Positions 9,530 to 19,034 are shown, counted from the stretch's first letter. The stretch is 64,000 nucleotides of DNA from a virus (IMGVR_UViG_3300028920_001457:13444-77443); one strand, 5' to 3'. Notes: generated by a model not told the origin, from the letters alone. Program-made: numbers and translations.

Positions 9530-10090
9530 AGTGATATCATTTTAATATCATTCATTTTATTAATTCCTTTGCGTTTGTTCGTGTTAGCCGCATAAAATCA
9601 GGCTATTAACCCCGCTTATTGAATTGGTATTCATGTATTGATAACTGTTATTATATTTTTCCTATAATACATATTATGTCAAATAGGATTTTATTAGTAA
9701 ATATTAAGACCCTGTTATTCAGCCCGTTAACTCTTGCCTTTTTATGGTGATCCTGGCACATTTGCATACATTTTAAACTGTTTTGTGTAAAAAAGAATTC
9801 TTATTTAGGGTGCGGGGGTTCGATTTTTTGCGATCTGAACAAAAAACAACACCCCTTATTTTTAACATAGACCTCCCCTGTATATCGTTGTTCAGTAGCA
9901 TAATATGTTTACATATATCCGTTCCCATATAGTCTTACCCATGTGCAGCAGCTAGCGAAATCTCCCCTAACACCCGTGGTTTCATATTCGTCTATACTTG
10001 GGTTTAATCTCAGGATTTCGTAATGATAGTTGTGATTGCCTGTATATCCGATAAATTGCACTTTGTATTCCATTTTCTATTAGATATGGT

Positions 10091-10279
10091 TTATTGTTCT
10101 GTTGTCAGTTTTACTATGTAGTTGTTTAGTGTTATTGCTTTAGCGGGTTGTATGTTAGACACTGTATTTCTGTGTGTATTGGTTATTTCTGCTACTTTGT
10201 TTTTACGGTTTGTGATGTAGATATCCATTGTGAGCATATTTATTATGACGTAGTATTGTCTGTAGTTTGTTTTCTTCAT
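10091..10279 (-). CDS. small possible DNA-binding protein
   Basis: KVAEITNTHRNTVS HTH-like segment. Confidence 0.5.
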   Translation of the reverse strand: MKKTNYRQYYVIINMLTMDIYITNRKNKVAEITNTHRNTVSNIQPAKAITLNNYIVKLTTEQ

Positions 10280-10367
10280 GGGTATAAAAAGTGTTTATTC
10301 GGATATATTCACTCTTTTTGTGCAAAGATAGGGGTTTTTGTTTTATATGGTAGCATGGGCGGGTTTG

Positions 10368-11612
10368 TTAGAATAGTCTTTGTTGTTTTGCAGTGTCTTT
10401 GGGTTTCTTTTCTTCTTCCCAATTATCAATCCTTGCCTGTGCTATCTCACAATATTCTTTTTCTAATTCTATGCCTATAAAATCAAATCCTTCGAGCTTT
10501 GCACCTATTCCTGTACTGCCACTGCCCATAAACGGATCGCAGATTGTTCCTTTCGGTGGTGTTATCAATCTGCATAGATAACGCATTAAAGCAATTGGTT
10601 TGACTGTTGGATGCCGATTTCCTTCACACCCCTTATTCCTTTCGCTCCTTGAAGCCTTTGCACAATAAAAGAATCGGGAAGCAGAACCTTCATCGCCCAA
10701 TCCCCCAAGATTTGATGCTCTTACATTTAAGGCATATTTACCGTATTTCCCATTTTTCCCCATGCCCCCCATAGATTTATCACCACTTCCTCCCGTACTT
10801 TTAGAATAAGGAAACTCTCTTACCACTTCATCACTACCATCGTGGATGACATTGGCAGGGAAACGACCTTGTGGATGGCTTTCTGTTACTATTTGATTAT
10901 AATGACCGTAACAATTCCCATCTGGCCCCTTTGGTCTGCCTCTATTTTCTACTGTTTCTATCCTACACCCGTCAATATTCAATCCCCCTGTTCCCCATTT
11001 GAGAACATTCTCTGCAATAGTCTTTTCTGATAAGGGTTTTCTTGCAAGACAGATAGGTTCGTTAGCAGGCTTAAGAGAACTGCCCCAGCCTTCCCATTCG
11101 GAAGTGCCTTTGGTTAAAACAGTCATATCCTCACAATGTTTATCGTCTTTTCTCCAAGGCCTGTCCCAACCTTCATTTATGTGTTTCCCGCTACCGCCCT
11201 TTGCTTGCTTGTAACTCATAGGCTTACCTGTACTTGTATCTATTTTTTTGCCAACCACTTCTCTTTCATTCCCCTGTAATTTATCAACCGCCTTACCGAC
11301 ATTCAGACTTTTCGGGAATCCAGAGCCGTATAACCATTGTATCTGATCTCTTATTTCAAAACCAGCATCTTCAATAGCACAAGCCATACGATGATAGGTA
11401 CGGGTACCGCCAAAAGCAAGTAAATGACCACCGGGTTTTAACACCCTCAAACACTCTTTCCACATATCAACATTATAAGCTATACCGGACTTATCCCATG
11501 CTTTACCCATAAACCCTAATTCATAAGGTGGATCGGTAACAATGGAATCGACACTATTATCCGGCATTGTCGGCAGATAATCCATGCAGTGGGTATTTAA
11601 GAGCTTTATCAT
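10368..11612 (-). CDS. site-specific DNA amino-methyltransferase (N6-adenine/N4-cytosine, beta class)
   Basis: N-terminal VTDPPY catalytic motif, HPTVKP, C-terminal DPFMGSGSTG SAM-binding motif. Confidence 0.92.
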   Translation of the reverse strand: MIKLLNTHCMDYLPTMPDNSVDSIVTDPPYELGFMGKAWDKSGIAYNVDMWKECLRVLKPGGHLLAFGGTRTYHRMACAIEDAGFEIRDQIQWLYGSGFPKSLNVGKAVDKLQGNEREVVGKKIDTSTGKPMSYKQAKGGSGKHINEGWDRPWRKDDKHCEDMTVLTKGTSEWEGWGSSLKPANEPICLARKPLSEKTIAENVLKWGTGGLNIDGCRIETVENRGRPKGPDGNCYGHYNQIVTESHPQGRFPANVIHDGSDEVVREFPYSKSTGGSGDKSMGGMGKNGKYGKYALNVRASNLGGLGDEGSASRFFYCAKASRSERNKGCEGNRHPTVKPIALMRYLCRLITPPKGTICDPFMGSGSTGIGAKLEGFDFIGIELEKEYCEIAQARIDNWEEEKKPKDTAKQQRLF

Positions 11613-11706
11613 CTGTTTTAAGAAGGGAATCCCCGATTTGAAGTATTAACCTAACCTGAAAAGATATGAAAACTATGAAAGTGTGTGTGGGGATTCCCTG
11701 TGTTTA

Positions 11707-11985
11707 TCATTGTATAAGTTCTTCTGGTTTTATGTTGTATTCCTCAAGCAGGCTGTCTATCTTGTATAGTGCCATGTCCAGTCCGTCGTAGGGTGACAGG
11801 GTTACTTTCTTATCCAGGGCGTCTTCTATCTGTGCTTCCAGTTCCCTGCGTACGTTGAAGACTATATCCCATAATACCTGTGCCATATCTGTTGCTTTTG
11901 TGCAGCGCAGGAATTCCTGGTATTCATCAGAGTTTTCTGTGTTGAATTTAAGTATTGCTTCCATGGTTGCTTTATTTAATATCAA
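11707..11985 (-). CDS. hypothetical phage protein
   Basis: overlaps the SSB stop; start uncertain. Confidence 0.6.
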   Translation of the reverse strand: MILNKATMEAILKFNTENSDEYQEFLRCTKATDMAQVLWDIVFNVRRELEAQIEDALDKKVTLSPYDGLDMALYKIDSLLEEYNIKPEELIQ

Positions 11986-12398
11986 AATGGGAGATCATCC
12001 GTATCCCCATCATTATCATAAGGGTTAACTGCTTCAAATGTGTCTTTTTCTTTAGCGGGCAGGCTGACATCCAAGCCATCATTACCGTTAATATCTGTAT
12101 GACGGATATATAATGCACGCAGGTACGTTTTGTGCCAATGATCGGATATCTTACGTCCACAGGGCTTATATGTTATCTCCACGTGGTCGCCCACCTCAAA
12201 CTGTTCAAGGTTTAGTCCCCGTCCTAATTCAAACTCGGGTAAGTCCGTAAATGTTTTACCACCATATTCTTCTTTTATCTCAAGTATTATAGAGGGGAAT
12301 TCAAATGTTTTACCTTCGTTCTTTGTTCCTTTTTTCCCATCGGCGGTTCTCACCGGCTTGGCATATATTACGCCTGTTGCTTTTGGTAGGTTACTCAT
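11982..12398 (-). CDS. single-stranded DNA-binding protein (DUF3127-like)
   Basis: OB-fold-like pattern and acidic tail ending DDLPF. Confidence 0.75.
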   Translation of the reverse strand: MSNLPKATGVIYAKPVRTADGKKGTKNEGKTFEFPSIILEIKEEYGGKTFTDLPEFELGRGLNLEQFEVGDHVEITYKPCGRKISDHWHKTYLRALYIRHTDINGNDGLDVSLPAKEKDTFEAVNPYDNDGDTDDLPF

Positions 12399-12550
12399 AT
12401 TTTTTTTATTAAATGTTTGATTTTTATATTTCTTTCGGCCTGGGTTTCACTTGCTTTTAGCGGCAAGTGATTTAATAAATACAACTCGTAGGCTATTGCT
12501 GATTTAATACCAAAATCCCTTATAAATGAATTTCTTTTTAATATTGCCAT

Positions 12551-12844
12551 TTATTTTTTATTTAATAATTTTGTATAATAGTTTTCTATTACTTTAGCGA
12601 GGTCGTTAACCGCTGATGGTGTAAAGTCATCTTTGGTGGCGTCCTTATCACCTATGGTAGTGTGTTTTACTATGTGGTCTGCAAGGCGGTGTGAATACAT
12701 AATCACATCATCCATACAGCTATCATACCCGCTATCGAATTTATTTGTATCATAACTGTCTATAAGGAATTCTATGGCGTCCATGAGGTCATCATGGTAG
12801 CCCCCCCTAATCCTTTCTATTGTTTCCTTTGTTATCTTATTCAT
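12551..12844 (-). CDS. hypothetical phage protein
   Basis: 97 aa ORF overlapping its neighbour. Confidence 0.65.
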   Translation of the reverse strand: MNKITKETIERIRGGYHDDLMDAIEFLIDSYDTNKFDSGYDSCMDDVIMYSHRLADHIVKHTTIGDKDATKDDFTPSAVNDLAKVIENYYTKLLNKK

Positions 12845-13052
12845 AGGGTAATGATTTAAGTTCTTTTACGAGTTTTTTAAGTAGGCGGTATTCTCCCCAT
12901 GTCAGCCTTATAAGGACACCCCTTGAACTTATGTCGGCGTCAAAGCCCTCGCCATTCTTCCACTCGGTAACTTCAATATAATCATTTTCATTTGCAAAAT
13001 GACAAAATTCTTTTGTGGTGGCATATACCGAATTTCTTTTATAGTTTTCCAT
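12837..13052 (-). CDS. hypothetical phage protein
   Basis: YIEVTEWKNGEGFD segment. Confidence 0.65.
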   Translation of the reverse strand: MENYKRNSVYATTKEFCHFANENDYIEVTEWKNGEGFDADISSRGVLIRLTWGEYRLLKKLVKELKSLPYE

Positions 13053-13057
13053 AATGT

Positions 13058-13546
13058 TTATGTTAAATAGTCATTGTTCCATGTTGATTTATTTGTAATA
13101 TAGTCAACCCATTCCCATGTTTTCCTGGCTTTTTTTATGTCTTTGTCTGAGTAATAAAGATACCATAGCACCATTTCCCAATATAGGTCTTCGTCGTCTA
13201 CGGAGGCCACCCACCACGAACAGAACTGCCATCCGAAAAACCATATCTGAAATGACGGCGACCACTCAAAACGCGGTGTGCCATACTTGTCTTTCCATCC
13301 CAAACCATACCTGACAACCGCCATAGGCCAGCCATAGCTTATATCATAACCAAACAACCTGATGTAACTACATCTTAAAAACTTTGGTCTTTTCTTGCGT
13401 ATTGTAAGTATAGTTCTGTTAAAGTTCCATGGGTCAAAATATGGTGTGCCATGTCTTATTCTACCGAAGTAATACCTCTTGCGGGGTAACACGAAAACCC
13501 CGTCAATCTGTTTCAGTATCTTTTTAAAGCTTTTCATCAGTCCCAT
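13058..13546 (-). CDS. hypothetical Trp-rich phage protein
   Basis: LGWKDKYGTPRFEWSP segment. Confidence 0.7.
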   Translation of the reverse strand: MGLMKSFKKILKQIDGVFVLPRKRYYFGRIRHGTPYFDPWNFNRTILTIRKKRPKFLRCSYIRLFGYDISYGWPMAVVRYGLGWKDKYGTPRFEWSPSFQIWFFGWQFCSWWVASVDDEDLYWEMVLWYLYYSDKDIKKARKTWEWVDYITNKSTWNNDYLT

Positions 13547-13782
13547 TCAAATGCTGTGGGGTCCCTGTTTTCCAGTCCGCACCTGAGTGCTAATTCCACA
13601 TCACAATGATAAATTATCATTTCATTATCTATCATCATACATGTTATTCCACGTAATGCATCGTGAAACTTTTCCATATTTATGTCAGGGTATTGCTTTA
13701 GCAGGGTTTGTATTTCCTTGCCGGTAAATCCTTCTTTGTTTTTTGTTGGAAAGTTATTCACTATGTCGGTTATTTTATTCAT
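13537..13782 (-). CDS. hypothetical phage protein
   Basis: 81 aa ORF. Confidence 0.65.
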   Translation of the reverse strand: MNKITDIVNNFPTKNKEGFTGKEIQTLLKQYPDINMEKFHDALRGITCMMIDNEMIIYHCDVELALRCGLENRDPTAFEWD

Positions 13783-13895
13783 CGCCCGCTAAAGTTTAAA
13801 CCACAAAAGTAAATAACAGAATTGATATTTCCAAATAAAAAGGTAATTATTTTCTTCTGATCCCCGCAAAAGATATTATTTACTTCCATTATGTA

Positions 13896-14117
13896 TTAAC
13901 TTTTGTCGGACTTTTGGCGTTCTTCTATTTTCTTAATAGCTTCTGTTAAGTCTGCCACAATATCCTTTGCATCGGCCAATGGTAAAACGATAAACCTATC
14001 ATAACCATCATTATCGCTAAGTATAACAAATAAATCATCATTTGCATTAAGGTAAATCTGAAGCTCAGAATAGTTATAATCTGTTTTTTCTGCTTTATAA
14101 ATTTTGTTGTGTGCCAT
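13896..14117 (-). CDS. hypothetical phage protein
   Basis: 73 aa ORF. Confidence 0.6.
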   Translation of the reverse strand: MAHNKIYKAEKTDYNYSELQIYLNANDDLFVILSDNDGYDRFIVLPLADAKDIVADLTEAIKKIEERQKSDKS

Positions 14118-14255
14118 TTTTTATAAGTTTTAAATTAGTATTATTACTTTTGTCGGCTCAAATATAAATAGTATTATTGGAAAAAACAAAAAATTCACTT
14201 AAATAATTTTCCCCCTAAATAAGAATATATTTCTTTCTTTTCTTTTCCTTTCCTT

Positions 14256-14320
14256 TGTTGACATGTGTTGACATGTGTTCAACAAGTGTTAACATGTGTT
14301 GACATTTGTTGACATTTGTT
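14256..14320. repeat. tandem 10-11 bp TGTTGACATG-like repeats, candidate replication iterons
   Basis: about six copies at the 3' end of the initiator gene, next to an AT-rich tract. Confidence 0.7.
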
Positions 14321-14732
14321 CCTTTTCTTTTGCTAATTTAGCAAGTTTTTTTTCTTCTTTACGGCGCTTTGCACTTTCTTTCCCCGCCTTAGACCTTTTC
14401 TTTGATAATTCCTCTCTAATAGCTATATTTCTCACCACCCTTTCTGACCAAAACATTTCACCATCTGCTGTAAAAAGCCGATATGGGTTTATACACTCAT
14501 AGATAATCTTTTCTACTTCCTCGGGTGTTAATTTCATTTGGATAGCCACCGACATATATATATATTTTTCAAATGGAAGGTGGTGGTTTCTATCCTCATG
14601 TAGCATTTCTATCAATCGCCAATACACGCCATAGCCAGTAGCGCCAAACTGACTTAAGAACGACTGCATCTTAGGATCATTGGTTGGATTGTAGTCGTGT
14701 GGAAAATAATAAGCGTCTTTCTGCTTGCTCAT
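14289..14732 (-). CDS. DUF4373/Lin1244-like phage replication initiator, N-terminal domain
   Basis: YFPHDYN..NDPKM...FGATGYGVYWRLIEML...SKKRSKAGK pattern. Confidence 0.8.
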   Translation of the reverse strand: MSKQKDAYYFPHDYNPTNDPKMQSFLSQFGATGYGVYWRLIEMLHEDRNHHLPFEKYIYMSVAIQMKLTPEEVEKIIYECINPYRLFTADGEMFWSERVVRNIAIREELSKKRSKAGKESAKRRKEEKKLAKLAKEKEQMSTNVNTC

Positions 14733-14786
14733 GTGACTTTATTTAATTAAGACCCCCACAAAGTAACAAACCCAATAAAGGGAAAG

Positions 14787-14867
14787 TCACGAACCTTTAA
14801 TGGGAATTATTACCTGCGAGGGTCTATTGTTATTCTTAAGTTTGCTGATTGTTGTGACTTTTACCAT
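14787..14867 (-). CDS. candidate leader peptide MVKVTTISKLKNNNRPSQVIIPIKGS upstream of the initiator
   Basis: starts just after a TATCTTTG box; its stop lies in the loop of a long hairpin. Confidence 0.45.
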   Translation of the reverse strand: MVKVTTISKLKNNNRPSQVIIPIKGS

Positions 14868-15017
14868 AGCGCAAAGATACAAATAATATTTTTATCATAA
14901 TCCCCGCAAAAGTAAAATTAATATATTTAAAAAGCAAGAAAAAGTTTGGAAATTTTAAAATTATGATTAACTTTGTGGGCAGAAGCAGTCAGTAGACATA
15001 GAAAGGAGAAACAGAAG

Positions 15018-15386
15018 ATGATGACAATTAAAATTGAATCAGCACGTAAATCTGAATTTGGTTGGGTTGAGGAAACCCGACTTATCGAAACAAAACCAAA
15101 TGAAATATATCTAAGAAAAATTGGGTATGTTACATTTGATGACTTCCTGAAATCTCAGTCTGAATACGCAAGTAATACTAATCATGCCGTACCCACTGCG
15201 GAGTTCGGTGATTCACCAAAACCCGAAACTAAAGATAGGGAACGGTGGTATTTGGTTGGTAATTATTATGTGGACGAGAGAATAATACACGGGTTTATCG
15301 TTTTTAATGGTATGGTTTATATAATGCAAGACGGCAAAACCGTTGATAAGATTGCCATAGGCGACCAAAACGACGAAAAACTTTAA
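15018..15386 (+). CDS. hypothetical phage protein
   Basis: follows promoter TTTG 14945 / TAACTTTG 14968. Confidence 0.65.
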   Translation: MMTIKIESARKSEFGWVEETRLIETKPNEIYLRKIGYVTFDDFLKSQSEYASNTNHAVPTAEFGDSPKPETKDRERWYLVGNYYVDERIIHGFIVFNGMVYIMQDGKTVDKIAIGDQNDEKL

Positions 15387-15605
15387 TTTAACAAATAAAA
15401 AGACTGCTTCTTTTTTCAATAAAAAATTTGCATTTTAAAAAACTATTATTAACTTTGCATTTGGTTTATTTCAAGCATGCCCGCCAGGGAAATAACAGAA
15501 TATTCCTGATAATAATATGGTTAGACAACCTGGCGGGTTTCGGAAGTTCTTTTAAACAACATAAAAAGGAGGTAGCCATGACGTAAGAACCAATAAATTA
15601 CGACA

Positions 15606-15752
15606 GTGGCACAAAGAAAAAAAGAAAAGTCCAAAAGCGGAAATAAGAAACACGGACGTAACAAACGTCCTGTTAATTCCGCGATGAGTGCGTATGTTCG
15701 GGGCAAAATCAGCCTCGATAGCTATTTGAAACAGACGAAAAAGTCTGAATGA
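15606..15752 (+). CDS. small basic protein (48 aa, GTG start)
   Basis: VAQRKKEKSKSGNKKHGRNKRPVNSAMSAYVRGKISLDSYLKQTKKSE. Confidence 0.5.
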   Translation: MAQRKKEKSKSGNKKHGRNKRPVNSAMSAYVRGKISLDSYLKQTKKSE

Positions 15753-15834
15753 CATGATGGCGAAGGCAGAGGTGGTAAGGGTGGTAAGGACGAATGTGAA
15801 CTGAAAGTTCTGTAAAGAAGCCTTCGCCTGACAT

Positions 15835-15913
15835 AGCGGTGGAGTGAAACGGATAAATAAATCATTCGAGTCTCATAATCTCGAGATAGTGGGTTCAACT
15901 CCCACGACCGCAA
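15835..15913 (+). tRNA. tRNA-Met(CAT), possibly initiator-type
   Basis: anticodon loop CTCATAA, T-arm GTGGG-TTCAACT-CCCAC, 1:72 A:A mismatch. Confidence 0.75.
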
Positions 15914-15936
15914 CAAGATTAAACAATGATAAAAAT

Positions 15937-16203
15937 ATGGCTTTATTAAGATTCCCTATTTTATTTACTGAAGAAGAGTATGAGAAGGCAGAAAACCTTG
16001 GTCTTGATCCCAAAACAAAGAAAGGGTGGGTGGTGATAAACACTGTTACTATCTGTGCCTATAATGAAATGGATAACGGTAATGTCCTTGTACGTATGGC
16101 AAATGGGGAATGTTATGAAATCCCGCTATTGGTAAAAGATTTTGAAAAGATATTAAAAGATATAGAATCTATGGTGGAACTCACTACCATAGGTGGTAAT
16201 TAG
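15937..16203 (+). CDS. hypothetical phage protein
   Basis: start MALLRFP; the longer ORF-track start overlaps the tRNA. Confidence 0.65.
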   Translation: MALLRFPILFTEEEYEKAENLGLDPKTKKGWVVINTVTICAYNEMDNGNVLVRMANGECYEIPLLVKDFEKILKDIESMVELTTIGGN

Positions 16204-16420
16204 TTCTTTCTTTGTTTTGTTCTGGCAGATGGGTCTGCATGGGAACGCCGGGGTTAGTCCCCGCGCCATTCATTTATAAAAGACATTAACAGGCGTGGGG
16301 GAAGTCCTCATTCATTAACCATTGTCGTTGTTCGGCGTGCGTGGCGACATAATTTGTGATACCCCTATCGGATATGGGGCGCTGTAAGGTGATACACAAT
16401 GGAACAGGCAAAATTAAAAT

Positions 16421-16447
16421 ACCCGCCTTTTCGGGGCGGGTTTCTTT
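16421..16447. terminator. intrinsic terminator between convergent units
   Basis: ACCCGCCT-TTTC-GGGGCGGGT followed by a T-rich tract. Confidence 0.75.
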
Positions 16448-16462
16448 ATTTACGGGTTTTGA

Positions 16463-17386
16463 TTATCGGGCATCCGAACGCAAGAGCAGGTTTTTTCTTG
16501 CGGGTGTTATTTCGGTACTTCGCTTATGGCTGACAGCGCCACAGTCCTTACACCTTACTGTTTCATATCTGTTCATTGGTGTGTAATAATAAGAATCGGT
16601 TTCTTCGATATTAAATGAACCACAATTAGGGCATGCGGGTGCCTTGGCTTGCATGATAAGTGGTAGGTTGGGATGTGATTTTATCCATGGTCTGAGCTCT
16701 ATATAAACTTCCTCAAGAAGTGTTACGTCTTGTTCACAGTATTTTTCCATATATTTCAATTGTTTGGCATCGCCTTCCTCGCAATCTATCCAAAGCTGAT
16801 AATTTGTTTCTAACTTTTCTTTTCTTATCATTAGTTTGCCAAGGTAGTTAAGCGAATTAGAAGAAAACCGGAAGTGTTTTCTGCCTACCTTACAAGTGTC
16901 TATTGCCTGATAGGGTAATGGTGGCTTTAGTCCGTTTAATATGAAGCGTGTGTTCGCCTTGGGTAGATCGAAGGCATTGCCGTTGTGTGTAATTATAATG
17001 TCAGAATCATTTATTAAGTTCCATAATGACTTACATATCCTACTGTCATTGCGTTCCCTGGCTTCTTTGGAAGTAACGAAATCAGACATTATTTCCTGGT
17101 CGAAAAGCCATTTGGCACTCCACCCCAATATAAACCAATCCTTAATTATCTGTTGGTGTGTTATGTATTGTTTGCCAAGTTGCCAAAAACCCCCTATTAT
17201 CCTTGCTGTTTCTATATCTAATAACAATACCTTCGGCTGTTGGGTTTCGTAGAAACTTTTTGCCCGAAGGTATCTGTTTAGTGTTTCTTCTTTTATCTTA
17301 AAATGCTCTATTGTTTTGGTGAGGCCATGTTCATTCATAAAAGTAACTACTTCGTCAATACGGTCGGGTGTTGTGGAAAATGCCAT
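16463..17386 (-). CDS. RNase H-like (DnaQ/DEDD) 3'-5' exonuclease with C-terminal zinc ribbon
   Basis: LLDIET, HNGNAFDLP, YCEQDV motifs; CPNCG...CKDCG. Confidence 0.85.
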   Translation of the reverse strand: MAFSTTPDRIDEVVTFMNEHGLTKTIEHFKIKEETLNRYLRAKSFYETQQPKVLLLDIETARIIGGFWQLGKQYITHQQIIKDWFILGWSAKWLFDQEIMSDFVTSKEARERNDSRICKSLWNLINDSDIIITHNGNAFDLPKANTRFILNGLKPPLPYQAIDTCKVGRKHFRFSSNSLNYLGKLMIRKEKLETNYQLWIDCEEGDAKQLKYMEKYCEQDVTLLEEVYIELRPWIKSHPNLPLIMQAKAPACPNCGSFNIEETDSYYYTPMNRYETVRCKDCGAVSHKRSTEITPARKNLLLRSDAR

Positions 17387-17392
17387 AATTTC

Positions 17393-17659
17393 TTATTTAG
17401 TATGAATTAAGTTATCTGTATTTTCTATAAATGTATCGAATGATTTCTTACGGTGTTTTTCTTTTTTCTCTTTGAAGATTTTTGCGTCGCTTATTCTTCT
17501 TTGGTAGCCATAGTCGGCGCCATTAGCCCATATTTCCTTTAAGTTATTAAGTATTGTTTCTCTTGGCGGCTGTATCTTGTGTATCTTATCAGCCACGCTA
17601 AAGAGATAGTCCATGGGATATTTAGGGCTACTTCTTTTGGTCTGTTTCTTTTTCGCCAT
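17393..17659 (-). CDS. hypothetical basic protein
   Basis: 88 aa ORF upstream of the exonuclease. Confidence 0.6.
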   Translation of the reverse strand: MAKKKQTKRSSPKYPMDYLFSVADKIHKIQPPRETILNNLKEIWANGADYGYQRRISDAKIFKEKKEKHRKKSFDTFIENTDNLIHTK

Positions 17660-17886
17660 AGTTATTGATTTTTGATAATGATTGCAAAAGTAAGTATAAC
17701 AATCGAATATTCAAAATAAAAAGACGAATATTTTCTATAAGACCATTATTTTCGTAGAAAGTCTGCCATAGAAAACCCGCAAGAGGTAAAATATTTCTAT
17801 TTATCATCAAAAACAAAGAAAAATGGAAATATATTTGGAAATTACAAAAACTGTTTTTATCTTTGCAAAAAGACAAAATATCGTCC

Positions 17887-18219
17887 ATGGACAACACGGT
17901 TCAGAGAGAACAGAATTTCACAGAGACACTTTCAACCATACATGAGAAGCTGACACTAATGTTTCTGAGTATAAAGGAAAAGAGAGAGTTGGTAGATAGT
18001 GAGGAAATGCGAACCATCTTAGAACCCATACACAGGGCTTGGTATGATGGTGAATATAGTTTTCACACGCAGGAATTGGATTTACCGACAGAAAGTCCTG
18101 TCCAACAGGGATTGTTCAGTCAGGTCGTCAGCGCTATAACACAGGAAAAGGAAAATGTGGCAGATAAAAATACTGGCACGGAAGTTGACAATGGGGAAGA
18201 AAAAAGGAAAGATGAATAG
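17887..18219 (+). CDS. hypothetical phage protein
   Basis: follows a TATCTTTG box; start MDNTVQ. Confidence 0.6.
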   Translation: MDNTVQREQNFTETLSTIHEKLTLMFLSIKEKRELVDSEEMRTILEPIHRAWYDGEYSFHTQELDLPTESPVQQGLFSQVVSAITQEKENVADKNTGTEVDNGEEKRKDE

Positions 18220-18463
18220 AGTAAGATTATTAACACAGTTGTTTAGTGATGCTTTTGGCGACATTTATTGTCCTGAAGTAACAAGTTGGACTGCACGGGG
18301 TATGTGGGTTGACCCCGATAAATATGAAATCCGCCCAAAGAAAGAATACTATGAAACCCTCGTAAAGCACAAGGAAGAAGAAATAAAGCGTGTAGAGGAA
18401 AGGTTGTCCACGCTAAAGGAAGAAAAGGAAACCTTGCAAAAGGAAAGAAAAGCATTAGAATAG
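18155..18463 (+). CDS. hypothetical coiled-coil protein
   Basis: C-terminal coiled coil; start probably 18191 or 18212. Confidence 0.55.
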   Translation: MWQIKILARKLTMGKKKGKMNRVRLLTQLFSDAFGDIYCPEVTSWTARGMWVDPDKYEIRPKKEYYETLVKHKEEEIKRVEERLSTLKEEKETLQKERKALE

Positions 18464-18588
18464 ACAATACCTTAAAAACAAGAATTGGTTGTTGACAGAT
18501 CAACTTGGAAGGTGAAGGGAAATTAGTTTTTCCCTTTTTTATTTGGATTTTTCAAAAGAATGATATATCTTTGGCGGAAAATAAATTT

Positions 18589-18813
18589 ATGAAGAAGAAA
18601 AAACTGCGAAAGAGAATAAGACGATTGGAACAAGAAAATCAGCGTTTACATGATGATATTGTTGTTCTTATATCCGAAGATAAAGACGCAATAAGTGTCA
18701 CAAAAGCCCGTTATTTACTTAACAAGAGGTTTGATGATGCCCTTTGGGACGGGAACATTGTTGGGGGCATTAACGTGAAATACAAACATCCTTTTAATAT
18801 TAATTATTTATGA
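18589..18813 (+). CDS. hypothetical phage protein
   Basis: start MKKKKL after a promoter box. Confidence 0.55.
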   Translation: MKKKKLRKRIRRLEQENQRLHDDIVVLISEDKDAISVTKARYLLNKRFDDALWDGNIVGGINVKYKHPFNINYL

Positions 18814-19034
18814 AACGCAAAGATTTTTTAAGAAAGATAGGACTGGGTGCGATTGGTGTTGCTGTTGCACCAATGCTTATTTTAGAAAACAAAAGAAAAA
18901 CCTCTGGGGAGCGCCATCTTAAAAAAACAGGGTTTTATAGAAAATATCCGCTCACATATAGGCAATGTTGGTCGCCCGGGGAAATATTAAAAATATATAA
19001 GCAAACGGGAGGATTAATCATGTGTTCCGTATAA
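18810..19034 (+). CDS. small protein with Tat-like signal
   Basis: MKRKDFLRKIGLGAIGVAVAP. Confidence 0.55.
   Translation: MKRKDFLRKIGLGAIGVAVAPMLILENKRKTSGERHLKKTGFYRKYPLTYRQCWSPGEILKIYKQTGGLIMCSV

Noticed and set aside
17863-18813. Terminase small subunit among the small plus-strand ORFs
   Set aside because: No recognisable motif; the gene could not be identified by eye.
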